Shown: positions 29,165 to 39,852 of the stretch, in pieces
Position numbering within the stretch: position 1 is the stretch's first letter
Layout: every line of letters begins with the position of its first letter
Source of the DNA: an uncultured Verrucomicrobia subdivision 3 bacterium
GTDB lineage: Bacteria; Verrucomicrobiota; Verrucomicrobiia; Limisphaerales; UBA11358
DNA: 62,507 nucleotides
Reading direction: 5' to 3'
NCBI GenBank assembly: GCA_903888765.1
Contig: CAISVF010000322.1
Location: 1-62,507 of the forward strand
The notes under the pieces: model-generated
Told to the model about the DNA's origin: nothing
Database searches by the model: none
Seen by the model: the letters and a program-made list of their open reading frames with translations, nothing else
Translations under genes and position numbers: made by a program

Positions 29165-30223
29165 TCAGATTACCCGCGCTTCGCCCTTGCCTTTGACGAC
29201 TTCGCCGATGATCCACGCTTTGTGCTGCTGCGCCTTGATGAATTTCAGCACGGCGTCCGCTTTGTCTGCCGTGACGATGCTCACTATACCGATGCCCATG
29301 TTGAAGACCTGATAAAGTTCGTCGTCCGGCACACCGCTCTTCTGTTCGATGATCTGGAAGACGGGCAGCATGTCCCACGAACCTTTCTTGATGACCACGT
29401 CGAGCGACTGCGGCAACACGCGCGGGATGTTGTCCACAAAACCGCCGCCGGTGATATGCGCGAACGCCCGCACCTGGTCCGGCTGGCCGACAAGATTAAA
29501 CTTCTTCAACAACTTCTGCACCAATGGCCCGTAGCTGAGGTGCTCCTTTAATAATTCCTGACCAATAGTATCCTTGAGACCGGGCACGCGGCTGGAGGGT
29601 TTCAACTTGAGCTGCTCGAAGAAAATCTTACGTCCCAGCGAATAGCCGTTCGTGTGCAAGCCGCTCGATTCGATGCCGATGACCACGTCGCCGCGCTTCA
29701 CGGTTTTCTGGCCGTTGAGCATCCGGGATTTTTCCACGACACCCACGATGGTGCCGCTCACGTCGTATTCGCCCGGCTGATAAAAGCCCGGCATCTGCGC
29801 CGTCTCGCCGCCGATCAGCGCGCAGTTGTTTTCCGCACAAGCGCGAGCGAAGCCCTTGATGATGTCGGTGAACACATGCGGCTCCAGTTTGCCGGTGCCA
29901 AGGTAATCGAGGAAAAAAAGCGGTTCTGCGCCGAGGACGGCGATGTCATTCACGCAATGATTCACCAGATCTGCACCGATGGTATCGTGCTTGTCCTGCT
30001 GAAAGGCGATCTTGAGTTTGGTGCCGACGCCGTCCACGGAGGAGACGAGTATGGGCTCGCGATATTTTTTCACGTCCAGCGCGAACAAGCCCCCAAAGCC
30101 GCCCACCTTGCCAAGCACCTCGCGGCGATGCGTGGAGGCGAGCAATTGCGGGAGCGTGGCTTTGACTTTGTTGCCCAGATCAATATCCACACCGGCGGCA
30201 GCGTAAGCTTTTTGCTTCTTCAT
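29165..30223 (-). CDS. purM: Phosphoribosylformylglycinamidine cyclo-ligase
   Basis: GGFGGLF, DGVGTK, GGETAQMPG, SSGLHTNGYS, HITGGG and FNMGIG. Confidence 0.97.
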   Translation of the reverse strand: MKKQKAYAAAGVDIDLGNKVKATLPQLLASTHRREVLGKVGGFGGLFALDVKKYREPILVSSVDGVGTKLKIAFQQDKHDTIGADLVNHCVNDIAVLGAEPLFFLDYLGTGKLEPHVFTDIIKGFARACAENNCALIGGETAQMPGFYQPGEYDVSGTIVGVVEKSRMLNGQKTVKRGDVVIGIESSGLHTNGYSLGRKIFFEQLKLKPSSRVPGLKDTIGQELLKEHLSYGPLVQKLLKKFNLVGQPDQVRAFAHITGGGFVDNIPRVLPQSLDVVIKKGSWDMLPVFQIIEQKSGVPDDELYQVFNMGIGIVSIVTADKADAVLKFIKAQQHKAWIIGEVVKGKGEARVI

Positions 30224-30359
30224 GTGGCAGGGATTAAATCGAGAAATGCCCTGCCGGGCGAGAAAATTTCAGAAGGATTTATCTCGAGATGGATTGGCAA
30301 ATAGAATTTAAAAATGGTTTTGTATTCCATTTGCTGGGTTAGTAACGTGCCAATCAATT

Positions 30360-31637
30360 ATGAATAAAAGCTTGGTGCAAGAACTCGTTTCCAAATTTGT
30401 CCAAAGTTACGATTCGGCCGCCAAAGATAAGATTTGGCAAAAGCAAAGTGCTGATTTTAGAGAGTTCTGGTCGGGACGAGTGCTTGCTCAGGGAAATGAA
30501 ACGATCTCCGACAATGATTGCGACGAAGTCATTCGAATTCTCGACTTTAATGGAAAGGGCAAACCAAAGGGCAGTGAGGTTGTCGCCAAAGTGATGGTTT
30601 CGCAAAATGTCTGGCGGAAGCTTTTTAACATTCTTCACTCTGATAAAAACCTCACAAGTTTGGTCGATTCGATTTTCAAGGAGGTCAACATTGACCATAA
30701 GGCTCAATTAATTGATAAACTTTATGCCGAAAACGCAACTGGAAAAAATTGGCTCACTGGTGAGAGTGGCAATGTTCTGAACGCGCTGCTTGCAGCGTAT
30801 GACCCAGTTAAGAATTTGTCGGCAGTATCAATAAAGCACCGAAAAGCTCTCGTGGACTTTTTGGAGATAAAGTCGCCTTTTGATTGGGCTTCTGCTTCGA
30901 TTGGAAAACGGATTTCACATAGTAATGAATCCATTCAGGAGGCCACTCGTGCTCTTGGTTTGACCGGTTCTGCGCGGACACTTTACCGTTTTTTGTATTC
31001 GGAACCGGTCGCGAATCTCTGGCAAGATACGATCAAGCGAGAAGGCAAACAACTGATTGTCACCGTTCCGCAAAATGCCGAGGCTGAAAAGAACGAGCCG
31101 GCTAACGAAGGCGAGATGCGAGAATCTCTGCAAATCCAAGCCGCTCTTGCGGAAATTGGAACGAGGATGGGATTTCAAATTTGGCTGCCCCGCGCCGACC
31201 GTGGCAGAGTGCTGTCAAAATGGAAACCTGATTTGGACGTCTTGCTTGAGGAACTCCCAGTCGGATTCGACCAAACGACGATGAAAACGATCGAGCAAAT
31301 TGATGTGCTTTGGCTCAAGAAGCGGACGATAGTCAGGGCTTTTGAAGTTGAACACACCACATCGATTTATTCTGGAATTCTTCGCATGGCGGACATGCTG
31401 GCAATGCAGCCAAACCTCAAAATTAAACTGCACATCGTTGCACCTGCTTCAAGACGCGAAAAAGTTTTTCAGGAAATCAGGCGGCCTGTCTTTGCGTTGC
31501 TTGAAGGTGGCGCATTGTCGGACATCTGCACCTACCTTTCCTACGACACTGTTACGGATTTGCGCAACCAGAAGCATCTCGAACATTTGTCGGATAAAGT
31601 TATTGAGGATTACGAAGACAAGCCACAGGAAGCATAG
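30360..31637 (+). CDS. Hypothetical protein with C-terminal PD-(D/E)xK-like nuclease domain
   Basis: AT-richer ORF whose C-terminal IDVLW...AFEVEHTTSIYSGILR resembles restriction-endonuclease-like domains. Confidence 0.55.
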   Translation: MNKSLVQELVSKFVQSYDSAAKDKIWQKQSADFREFWSGRVLAQGNETISDNDCDEVIRILDFNGKGKPKGSEVVAKVMVSQNVWRKLFNILHSDKNLTSLVDSIFKEVNIDHKAQLIDKLYAENATGKNWLTGESGNVLNALLAAYDPVKNLSAVSIKHRKALVDFLEIKSPFDWASASIGKRISHSNESIQEATRALGLTGSARTLYRFLYSEPVANLWQDTIKREGKQLIVTVPQNAEAEKNEPANEGEMRESLQIQAALAEIGTRMGFQIWLPRADRGRVLSKWKPDLDVLLEELPVGFDQTTMKTIEQIDVLWLKKRTIVRAFEVEHTTSIYSGILRMADMLAMQPNLKIKLHIVAPASRREKVFQEIRRPVFALLEGGALSDICTYLSYDTVTDLRNQKHLEHLSDKVIEDYEDKPQEA

Positions 31638-31930
31638 CACCGCAGGTGCGGTATCTTTGTGGTTTGCCTTCCAACCCAATCTAATGCTCCGTCAGCGGCA
31701 TATTCCACACGATTTTTTAACCGTGCCGCTGACGAAGCTTGCTTCATTATTATTTTGCCGGTTGCTGCAAAGATTCCAGCCCTGAAGGGCTTTTGATTTG
31801 AAAATCCAACGGGCGTCCGGCGCAGCTCCGCTGGTGTTCCATTTGGCCGAAATCGTCTTCATAGCTGGGGTCACTGCGCCTCCGCCAGCTAGGGCATCAA
31901 GTCCGTTTTGCCAACACCGTCATGGCAACT

Positions 31931-32250
31931 TCAGCCTTTCGCCAAATTGATTTGTTGAACCGGCAGGGAATCGAAGTGCGGGTCTTTGTGGATCAAAGCC
32001 AGCTCGTGAGCTTGCGCGGTTGCGGCGATCAGCGTGTCGGCAAAGGGAAAAGAGCCTGCGGTCTTGATTCGCAGCGTGACTTGAAGTATCCGTTCATCGG
32101 GCCACAAAGTTACGATGGGCAGCCGTCGGGCGTCGGCCATCTGCAATTCGACTTGCTCCGCGCCCAAGCCGAGCGCCTTGAGCCGGCCCTGAATTTCCAC
32201 CCACGAGGCAATGCTGACGGCAGCTTCGCCGGGCGGGTCGAAAATGAGGG
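31931..32250 (-). pseudogene. N-truncated PIN-domain (VapC-like) toxin
   Basis: SWVEI...FADTLIAATAQAHELALIHKDPHF is present. The N-terminal LDT motif is missing and replaced by a transposase fragment. Confidence 0.65.
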
Positions 32251-32470
32251 ATAAATACCGCTCGTCGTATTCGATGCGGTGGTTATTCAGCAGAGCCAAA
32301 AAATCCTCTGGAAACGTCACTTGTGGTGGTGGACTTCCTGTCCCCGAATGTATTCGATGGTTTTGTCCAATAGGGAAGTGCTCACGTTAAAAGCGCGTAT
32401 TCCTCCTGCCAGGCAAACGCGCTTTGGACGGGAAAAGTTCTGTGAATCCATTTGGACGAGCCACCCTTGA
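32251..32470 (-). pseudogene. IS200/IS605 TnpA (Y1) transposase C-terminal remnant
   Basis: AFNVSTSLLDKTIEYIRGQEVHHHK followed, after a frameshift, by TFPEDFLALLNNHRIEYDERYL. Confidence 0.7.
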
Positions 32471-32824
32471 CGAGTTGCAGCGCCTTGGCAACCGCCATCG
32501 TGGATGGCAGGGAAGGTCGATGACTTTATAGCCACGGCCCCGGAAATCCCCAATTGACCACCCAGATGTTCCCCAGTAACTCATTGCGAGACGGGCTGGA
32601 ATGATTGCAAAACCCGGCACTTGAAACCGCGAAAGACAAGAAATACGAAGTAGGAAAGGTCCTGAAAAAGGGTTCCCTGTAGCCACAGGGCAAGTTGCAT
32701 TTGGGTGCCTTCTTTTCCCGTGGTTCGCGGATCCTCCCAACTCCGGTTTTCAGGTAAAATAACGCGCCTTATTTGAGCATGCAGGACATGCCGACTGATG
32801 GTGGTTTGCTCGATTGTCACAGAC

Positions 32825-33020
32825 TGCCAGCGCACTTCCAAATGGCTTTTCAACTGGTAGAAGGCTTCCTCTACCGCCAACACGCCCTGGTAATGCCCCC
32901 AACCTCCTCCTTGGAGCAACGCTCCGCCGGGCGGTTGGTGTGGAACAAATACCAGCCGTCCCGCTGCGTTTCCTGCTGGATAATTTCCGCCTTTTCGGCC
33001 AGTTGCTCTAACTCATAAAC
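32825..33020 (-). pseudogene. IS1634-like DDE transposase remnant
   Basis: RDGWYLFHTN...CSKEEV and, in another frame, HYQGVLAVEEAFYQLKSHLEVR. Confidence 0.6.
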
Positions 33021-33132
33021 TTTTGGAAACGACCGACGTAAAATCATGGCGAGGCATAAAATGTTAATGGGTAATGCCGAGCAGGATAAATGAAAACCCC
33101 ATAATTCCTTAAGGAAATCAAGGGGGGTTAAA

Positions 33133-33207
33133 TGGAGCCAGTTGTCGGGCTTGAACCGACGACCTGCTGATTACAAATCAGCTGCTCTACCACTGAGCTA
33201 AACTGGC
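33133..33207 (-). tRNA. tRNA-Thr(TGT)
   Basis: GCCAGUUUAGCUCAGUGGUAGAGCAGCUGA-UUUGUAA-UCAGCAGGUCGUCGGUUCAAGCCCGACAACUGGCUCCA. Confidence 0.95.
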
Positions 33208-33637
33208 GATCACAATGTTGTTGCTGTGCGGTGACCAAACGCAGCCAACGTTAGCCTCGTGGCAAATTGCGGCGAGGGGCCAGGACGTTAAATGGGTTAC
33301 TCTAGAAAAGGTCACCCAATATTCACAAGGGTTTTGTCACAGGCGAGCGCAACGTATCAGAAAGTTTACTTGGACCGCAAGCGGAGATTATTTTGTCAAA
33401 AAATCCACTTTGCTGGTTGACCGAGACATGCGAGCGGACTGGCTGCGTGTTCATGGATGGAGTGTATCGACAAGAAAAGCCAAAGTTGTTTGCCAGAAAT
33501 CAGGCTAATCCACGAACAGCTTGAAGCCAAAGCCCGCTATTGCCGGCACAATTCCGTGGTGATGATTGCTCGCTTCCCTTTTGTCGCCATCGCCAGCCTG
33601 ACTTCGCCAAAAATCGAGGTGCGCCCACAAGCTATTC

Positions 33638-33667
33638 CTGGGTGCATCGGCACTGGGTGCATCGGCA
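33638..33667 (+). repeat. Exact 15-bp tandem duplication upstream of recA
   Basis: ctgggtgcatcggca occurs twice in tandem. Confidence 0.8.
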
Positions 33668-33732
33668 TTTGACTAATTATGAGCGATTGCCTACTGTGTG
33701 ATTTCGTAAAACCAACGGAAAAATTATATTTT

Positions 33733-34803
33733 ATGCCGCCCAAAGCAGTTGAAAAAGTTGCCACCACCGCCATTGAAACCAAGGCTTCCGCAACGCGCGA
33801 TCGCGATCTTGATGCCGCTATTTCCTCCATCACCAAAGCTTACGGCGACGGGGCCATCATGCGTCTGGGCGATGCCCGGGCGCAGGTGAAAATCGAAGTC
33901 ATCCCCACCGGCGGGCTGGCGATTGATCTGGCGCTAGGCGTGGGCGGTATTCCACGCGGTCGGGTGGTAGAGATTTACGGGCCGGAATCCTCCGGCAAAA
34001 CCACGCTGATGCTGCACATCATCGCCAATGCGCAAAAAGCCGGCGGGCTGGCGGCCTTCATTGACGCGGAGCATGCGCTGGACCCGGGCTATGCAAAAAA
34101 ACTGGGGGTGAATCTGGATGACCTGCTGGTTTCGCAGCCTGACAGCGGCGAGGAGGCGCTGACCATTTGTGAAACACTAGCGCGTTCGAATGCGCTTGAT
34201 GTCATCGTGATTGACTCCGTGGCCGCCCTGGTACCGAAGGCGGAACTGGACGGGGAAATGGGCATGGCGACGATGGGCATGCAGGCGCGCTTGATGAGTC
34301 AGGCGCTACGCAAACTCACCGCGATTTTAAACAAGTCCAAGACCACGTGTATTTTTACCAACCAGCTCCGCGAAAAAGTGGGCGTCATGTTCGGCAGCCC
34401 GGAAACCACCCCGGGAGGCAAGGCGTTAAAATTTTATGCCAGCGTGCGCATGGATATCCGCCGCAAAGACCAGCTCAAAGATGCCGCCGGCAACGTGTAT
34501 GGAAACCACACGCGTGTCAAAATCGTTAAGAACAAAGTCGCGCCGCCCTTTGCTGAAGCTGAATTTGACATCATTTACAACCACGGCATTGACAAAGAAG
34601 GCAGCATTCTAGATGTGGGCATTGAGCACGGAGTCGTCGATAAAAAAGGCGCCTGGCTCCAATTTGAGGGCGCGCTCATTGGCCAAGGCAAAGATGCCGC
34701 CAAAAAGGCGCTGCTAGAGAAGCCCGAACTGGCAAAGAAAATCGTGGAGGCTATCCTAGTGAAAAGGGCGACTCCGACGGTCACCCCGCCCACGGCGAAA
34801 TAG
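33733..34803 (+). CDS. recA: Recombinase RecA
   Basis: [29 protein letters not shown] and [14 protein letters not shown]. Confidence 0.98.
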   Translation: MPPKAVEKVATTAIETKASATRDRDLDAAISSITKAYGDGAIMRLGDARAQVKIEVIPTGGLAIDLALGVGGIPRGRVVEIYGPESSGKTTLMLHIIANAQKAGGLAAFIDAEHALDPGYAKKLGVNLDDLLVSQPDSGEEALTICETLARSNALDVIVIDSVAALVPKAELDGEMGMATMGMQARLMSQALRKLTAILNKSKTTCIFTNQLREKVGVMFGSPETTPGGKALKFYASVRMDIRRKDQLKDAAGNVYGNHTRVKIVKNKVAPPFAEAEFDIIYNHGIDKEGSILDVGIEHGVVDKKGAWLQFEGALIGQGKDAAKKALLEKPELAKKIVEAILVKRATPTVTPPTAK

Positions 34804-35033
34804 CAATACCACCCACGAAAAGCGGGTACTGCTCAATCTGGCAACCCGTCAGTTTTTGTTTTTGTATTGCTGGTAGCCGACCAGCACCTGCCGGGGGCAA
34901 CCGATCTCACCAACTCCTCCTCACGGGTTGGCATCCCAGCGTGATCGTTGGGATGGCAAATCATCCCTTCCTCCCACAAAGCGTTTTTTGATTTCGCCCA
35001 GAGGATGCCACCTGGTCAATAACCCATGGGCGC

Positions 35034-36791
35034 TCAAGGCTGAAGAGACGATAATTTGATCTCGTGCCGGCGCTGCGCATCGTCGCGCACAAAAATTGCG
35101 CCGACTTCCACGCGGATGTTTTCACCATCGGCCTTGATCCAGCAACAATCCGGCGCGGCGGGTTCACTACTCTTGTGGGGATAGTAGGCGGAGATTTTCT
35201 TGAGTGGAACTTTTTCGCCATTCAAGCGCGGGCAGCCGAAGGTCACATTCACCTTGGGAATCGGAGCGTGGGGGATTTTCGCGGTGCTGTAAACTTCGAC
35301 GAAAGCGGAGTGCCGAGGCCAGAAAGTAAAATCTTCGCCCTCGAACCGGAGGCTGCCCACTTCGCAAACGGAGCCATCAGTGGATTTCACGCGACAGGTA
35401 AACCAGGTATTGGTTTTGCCGCCACTGATATCGGTGGCCCCTTTTTCAATGCAATAGGTGTAGGTGCCCTTCGTCCAAGCGAACGGACGGCGCACACTGG
35501 CAAATTCACCCTCGTAACCAGCACTCTCGATAAGACAATCGTCGCCGGCTACGCGGACATTTTCCAGGCCGACAGGCGTTTTCTTATCCGCCGACCAGCG
35601 GGAGAAAATCACACCGTGACCCGGAAAAATCCGGTCGTGGTTGGTCGCGTTTTGCCAGCCGTTGATGTTGGATTGCAGGCCGCCGTAAAAGGTCTTGCCA
35701 TTGATATCCGCAATACCACAAGGGGATACGTAGAGGTTGTAATTGGCCGGAATCTCGCGATCGATGGTTACATCAATCTCTAGCTTTTGAAAATGCCGGA
35801 CGGCCTGCCGGAAATCCCACCAGATGTTGGCCACATGCCATGGCTGATGCGGCAGCGTGACTCCCGCAGCCTCCGCCAACTCTTCCGGTGCCGGCTGGAC
35901 GCAGGAGGCTTCAGTCGAAGCCTGCCCGGTGCCGGCAGCGCGAGGCAAATGCTTGAGTTGAGCCACTAAATCGGCCGGCAAGGGCCGATCTGTGAGCGGG
36001 TCCAAAGCTATTTCCAAGCCGGCAAAAACGGGTTTGCCGTATTGCGCCTCCAAATTAGCAAATACAGAACCGAGTTCGTTGCTGCCGCCAGAGGCGAGAA
36101 AATAAGCATCCTGCATTTTCCCCCAGGTGCCGTCGCCGACCGCCCGGGTCAAACAGTGCAAATGATCCACATCTGGACCAAGCCAAAGGCGATATAAAGC
36201 AAGCCGGGCGGCTGACCGATTTTCGCCGGAAAAATTTTCAAGAAAAGAATTCACGCCACCGCCAAGCGTAGCAACGCTAGGCTGACCGCCGTTCGGACTA
36301 TTGATCGTCGCCAGGTGATGCCATGATTTAGTGGCGGGATCGAAAATATAATAACGCGCGTCAGTGGTGTTGGTCAGGGCACCCGGCTGCTTGTGGACAA
36401 AAAATTGAAAGGTTTCATTAGTCTTCCAATTCCAAAGCATATGGGTATGACCGCCTTCGCCTTCGCCACCAAACCGGCCAAAAATAGTGTCCGGCCAGGC
36501 TTCGGTGACCAGGGGATGCAATTGAGGGGAGGTATCCCAGATGGAAAAGATGGTGCGCCGCTCCTGCGGGTCATTGTGCTGAATGCCGCAATAACCGCCG
36601 GCTGGTTCGCCCGGATGCCAATTGGCGCCGCAATAATAGGTCGTGGGTTGGGTGGCCAACACCGTGATCTCACCATAAAGACAGGTGCCCTGTTGCTGGC
36701 CTTCGAGGTTCCACCAGAGGTGTTGCGCGCTGGCATTTATAACGCAAGCTCCGGCAATCGAGAGGGATAGCAGATACAGTTTTGAATTCAT
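35034..36791 (-). CDS. Secreted protein with two DUF3472-like domains
   Basis: Signal peptide, GGYCGIQ...IFSIWD...FGGEGEG, and a second related YGGLQ...IFSRW...GYEG module. Confidence 0.6.
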   Translation of the reverse strand: MNSKLYLLSLSIAGACVINASAQHLWWNLEGQQQGTCLYGEITVLATQPTTYYCGANWHPGEPAGGYCGIQHNDPQERRTIFSIWDTSPQLHPLVTEAWPDTIFGRFGGEGEGGHTHMLWNWKTNETFQFFVHKQPGALTNTTDARYYIFDPATKSWHHLATINSPNGGQPSVATLGGGVNSFLENFSGENRSAARLALYRLWLGPDVDHLHCLTRAVGDGTWGKMQDAYFLASGGSNELGSVFANLEAQYGKPVFAGLEIALDPLTDRPLPADLVAQLKHLPRAAGTGQASTEASCVQPAPEELAEAAGVTLPHQPWHVANIWWDFRQAVRHFQKLEIDVTIDREIPANYNLYVSPCGIADINGKTFYGGLQSNINGWQNATNHDRIFPGHGVIFSRWSADKKTPVGLENVRVAGDDCLIESAGYEGEFASVRRPFAWTKGTYTYCIEKGATDISGGKTNTWFTCRVKSTDGSVCEVGSLRFEGEDFTFWPRHSAFVEVYSTAKIPHAPIPKVNVTFGCPRLNGEKVPLKKISAYYPHKSSEPAAPDCCWIKADGENIRVEVGAIFVRDDAQRRHEIKLSSLQP

Positions 36792-36858
36792 TTTAATTTA
36801 TGCTTGATACGAGTATTTCATTGGTCAAGCCAGAGCTTGGCGATCGCAAGCGGAGGCA

Positions 36859-38292
36859 TCAAAATTTCAGGGGGATCGAGGATTTGGCGGGATCCACAGC
36901 AAAACCACATTCCCGGAACCAGGGAAATAGGTTTTGTTTTAGCGCGATACTGAGCACGGCAACCGTTGCATGAAGATCATACTTTTTAATCCGGTCAGGT
37001 TTCGCCCATTGCCGTTTGGCCTGAAAATAGTGGGCCATGATGTCGGGATCTTGCGCCCGCAACTGCTCGAAAACCCAGAAGGTCTTGCCCCAGTGCATGG
37101 CGTTGGCAGCGGCACCCTCGAGTTGAGGGGCTCCGGCAAGACTTTTGCCCTCAATGTCATAGCGTTTCATCGTCTCATCAATGCGCGAGGCCCGCTCAAT
37201 GGTGTGGTGGATGCGTCGCAAACCTTCCTCTGGATAACCCATGTCCATCATGACTAAATCACCGACATAGGTAGCGATTGGCTCATTCCAGATTTCCGGA
37301 AATGGCAGTACCCAGGAATGAGTGGATTCGTGCGTGATAAATTCGATCATGCTGTCCTCGCGCGCCGGGAAATCGCCCCAAAACACCGCCAGACCAATCA
37401 TCTGTCCGGCGGAAAAACCGCCGCCACCAGTCGCCAGCAGACCGATTTCCGAAGCCATGCCTTCCGACAGCGGCACGCCCATGCGCTTTTCCATGACGGG
37501 CACACTGCGCTGGTAAATCGCCATCATATCTTTGGCATAGGGTTTCAAATAATCGCTGTAACGCAAAGTGAGCCGACCGAGTTTTTCGGTGTAATCCAAC
37601 TGTCCCAAACCGCGGCTTGGGCATGACTTTAGAGGATTAATCAATTTTCCGGCAGCGGTCCTGACCAGCAACGGCCGCCACCAAGCAGCATTAAGGTTAT
37701 CCTTGGCATCCGGGCGATTGCCGGCAAGACCACGCGCTCCGACCAGCAGCGTGCCTTTGCCCACGGTTTTACGCACCAACACGGGATTCCCCAAAGCGTC
37801 GGCAATTAGCGCGTCCCATTGGGCCGGAACTGCCAATTTCAACGTGTCGCCACCACCCGCAATTTCACCGGCGATTGATTGGTTTATCGTTTTAAGCGGC
37901 TTCTGCGCAGGAGCGGCAAATTCACACCCAAAAGTCTGTGCCAGAGCGTTTTGTGGTTTGTCTCCGGCAGCGCCCAGCAGCAACACTCCACCGCCACCGT
38001 CCAGAAAATCGGCGATGGCCTTAATATCTTTTGGAACATAGCTCAAGTGTGGATCGCAGCCGAGCAGCACCAAAAGATTGGCATTGGATAAATCAAAATT
38101 GAATAGCGAGCCCCAACTGGTCGCACCGGTCTGGTCAGGCAGGTATTGGGAGTGAAAACGCCCATCCCCATAAAACGTAAATTGATGCCCCAGATCCACC
38201 ACTGCGTGGACCACGGGTTCAGCCCGGACCACGACACGGCTGCAAAAAAGCGCAATGGCTGACAGAAACGAAAGTAGAATCGGGGAGTTCAC
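36859..38292 (-). CDS. Secreted hypothetical protein with a gluzincin-like HExxH motif
   Basis: Signal peptide, ITHESTHSW followed by WNEPIA, and an N-terminal glutamine-amidotransferase-like fold. Confidence 0.55.
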   Translation of the reverse strand: MNSPILLSFLSAIALFCSRVVVRAEPVVHAVVDLGHQFTFYGDGRFHSQYLPDQTGATSWGSLFNFDLSNANLLVLLGCDPHLSYVPKDIKAIADFLDGGGGVLLLGAAGDKPQNALAQTFGCEFAAPAQKPLKTINQSIAGEIAGGGDTLKLAVPAQWDALIADALGNPVLVRKTVGKGTLLVGARGLAGNRPDAKDNLNAAWWRPLLVRTAAGKLINPLKSCPSRGLGQLDYTEKLGRLTLRYSDYLKPYAKDMMAIYQRSVPVMEKRMGVPLSEGMASEIGLLATGGGGFSAGQMIGLAVFWGDFPAREDSMIEFITHESTHSWVLPFPEIWNEPIATYVGDLVMMDMGYPEEGLRRIHHTIERASRIDETMKRYDIEGKSLAGAPQLEGAAANAMHWGKTFWVFEQLRAQDPDIMAHYFQAKRQWAKPDRIKKYDLHATVAVLSIALKQNLFPWFRECGFAVDPAKSSIPLKF

Positions 38293-38295
38293 GTT

Positions 38296-39843
38296 TTATG
38301 GCATCGGCGCGCTTTTTTGCGCGGCCGGTTTGGCATCCGCCGCACGACCAGCGCGCTGCGCTTCCAAAAGGCCCGCAGCCATGCTCGCGGTTTTCGCTGG
38401 CTGCGCCTCACGAAGATTCATGGTTTCGCCCAGATCGTTGCTGAGATTATACAATTCGCCCTGAGGCGAATATCCGGACCGGACGCGGGCACGTCGTTCC
38501 GGTTCAATCCACTTCCACGAGTCGGCGCGAAAACCCAGCACGCGTGCGCCATCGTGCTCCACCAGTTTTTCGCGGCCAACTGGCGAGTCACCGAGCAGGG
38601 CCGGCAACACATTGAGGCTATCGAGCGCATCGCCGGCGGGAATTTTCTGGCCCGTGAAGGCAGCAAATGACGCCGGAAAATCCAGCAAACAAACCAAAGC
38701 CGCCGAGACACCGACCGGCACACGCCCCGGCCACCGGACAATGAAAGGCACGCGTGTGCCCGCTTCGTAAACGGAATATTTACCACCGCGCAAAGGACCA
38801 GCCGGCGTGTGGCCATGCAGGTTTTGCACCGCACCATCGGCGTAGCCATCGTCCAGCACCGGACCGTTGTCGCTGGACAAAATCACCAGCGTATTCGATG
38901 CAAGATTCATTTTATCGAGCGTGGCGAGGATTTCGCCGACACACCAGTCAAACTCCACAATCACGTCGCCACGAACACCGCAGCCGCTCTTGCCGACAAA
39001 ACGGGGATGCGGCACACGCGGCACATGCGGATCGTGCGTAGCAAAATAGAGGAAGAACGGCTGATGCGAATTTTGCCGGATGAAATCAACCGCTTTACCG
39101 GTGAGCAGGTCCGCCTTGTCCTCGTCTTTCCAGCGCGCTGCATGGCCACCAGACATGAAGCCGATACGGCTAATGCCGTCAATAATGGTACCGTCGTGGC
39201 CAAGCGATAATCCCATTTTCAAAAGTTCCGGATGCTGACGTCCCGTGGGCTCATCGCCCACCATGGCACCATAGCCAACCTGAATGGGGTCCTTCGGGTC
39301 CAACCCGACAACGTGATGATTTTCAATATAGACGCAAGGCACGCGATCGCCGGTGGCGGCCATGATAAAACTGTAGCCAAAACCCAACTCGTTCGGACCG
39401 GGGGCAACGTCACCATTCCAATCCGCACCATTCGTTCCCCCCAACCCAAGATGCCATTTGCCGACGACGCCCGTGCGATAGCCCGCCCGCTGAAAAACCG
39501 TTGCCAGCGTGGTCCGCTTGGGATCAATAATCAGCGGCGCATTGCCGGGAAGCACCCCCGTGCCTGATTTGCGCCAGGGGTATTCGCCCGTGAGCAGGGA
39601 ATAACGAGAGGGGGTGCATGTCGCGGAAGTCGTATGCGCGTCGGTGAACCTCAAACCCTGACGGCCAAGCCGATCCACATTGGGGGTCGGAATTTTGGTG
39701 GCGCCATATACCCCGGTATCGCCGAAGCCAAGGTCATCGGCGAGAATAAGAACAACATTTGCCGGTGGCGGGCTGGCAGCGGGAAAGGTAGTTACTCCAA
39801 TGCCCGATAGCAAAGCACAAATAATTAAGGTGACTCTTTTCAT
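38296..39843 (-). CDS. Arylsulfatase (S1 family)
   Basis: ADDLG, CTPSR, GKWHLG and SDNG. Confidence 0.93.
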   Translation of the reverse strand: MKRVTLIICALLSGIGVTTFPAASPPPANVVLILADDLGFGDTGVYGATKIPTPNVDRLGRQGLRFTDAHTTSATCTPSRYSLLTGEYPWRKSGTGVLPGNAPLIIDPKRTTLATVFQRAGYRTGVVGKWHLGLGGTNGADWNGDVAPGPNELGFGYSFIMAATGDRVPCVYIENHHVVGLDPKDPIQVGYGAMVGDEPTGRQHPELLKMGLSLGHDGTIIDGISRIGFMSGGHAARWKDEDKADLLTGKAVDFIRQNSHQPFFLYFATHDPHVPRVPHPRFVGKSGCGVRGDVIVEFDWCVGEILATLDKMNLASNTLVILSSDNGPVLDDGYADGAVQNLHGHTPAGPLRGGKYSVYEAGTRVPFIVRWPGRVPVGVSAALVCLLDFPASFAAFTGQKIPAGDALDSLNVLPALLGDSPVGREKLVEHDGARVLGFRADSWKWIEPERRARVRSGYSPQGELYNLSNDLGETMNLREAQPAKTASMAAGLLEAQRAGRAADAKPAAQKSAPMP

Positions 39844-39852
39844 GGTGATCCT

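Noticed and set aside
33440-33530. LexA box upstream of recA
   Set aside because: Only isolated half-sites (tgttc, gaaca) are present, at the wrong spacing.
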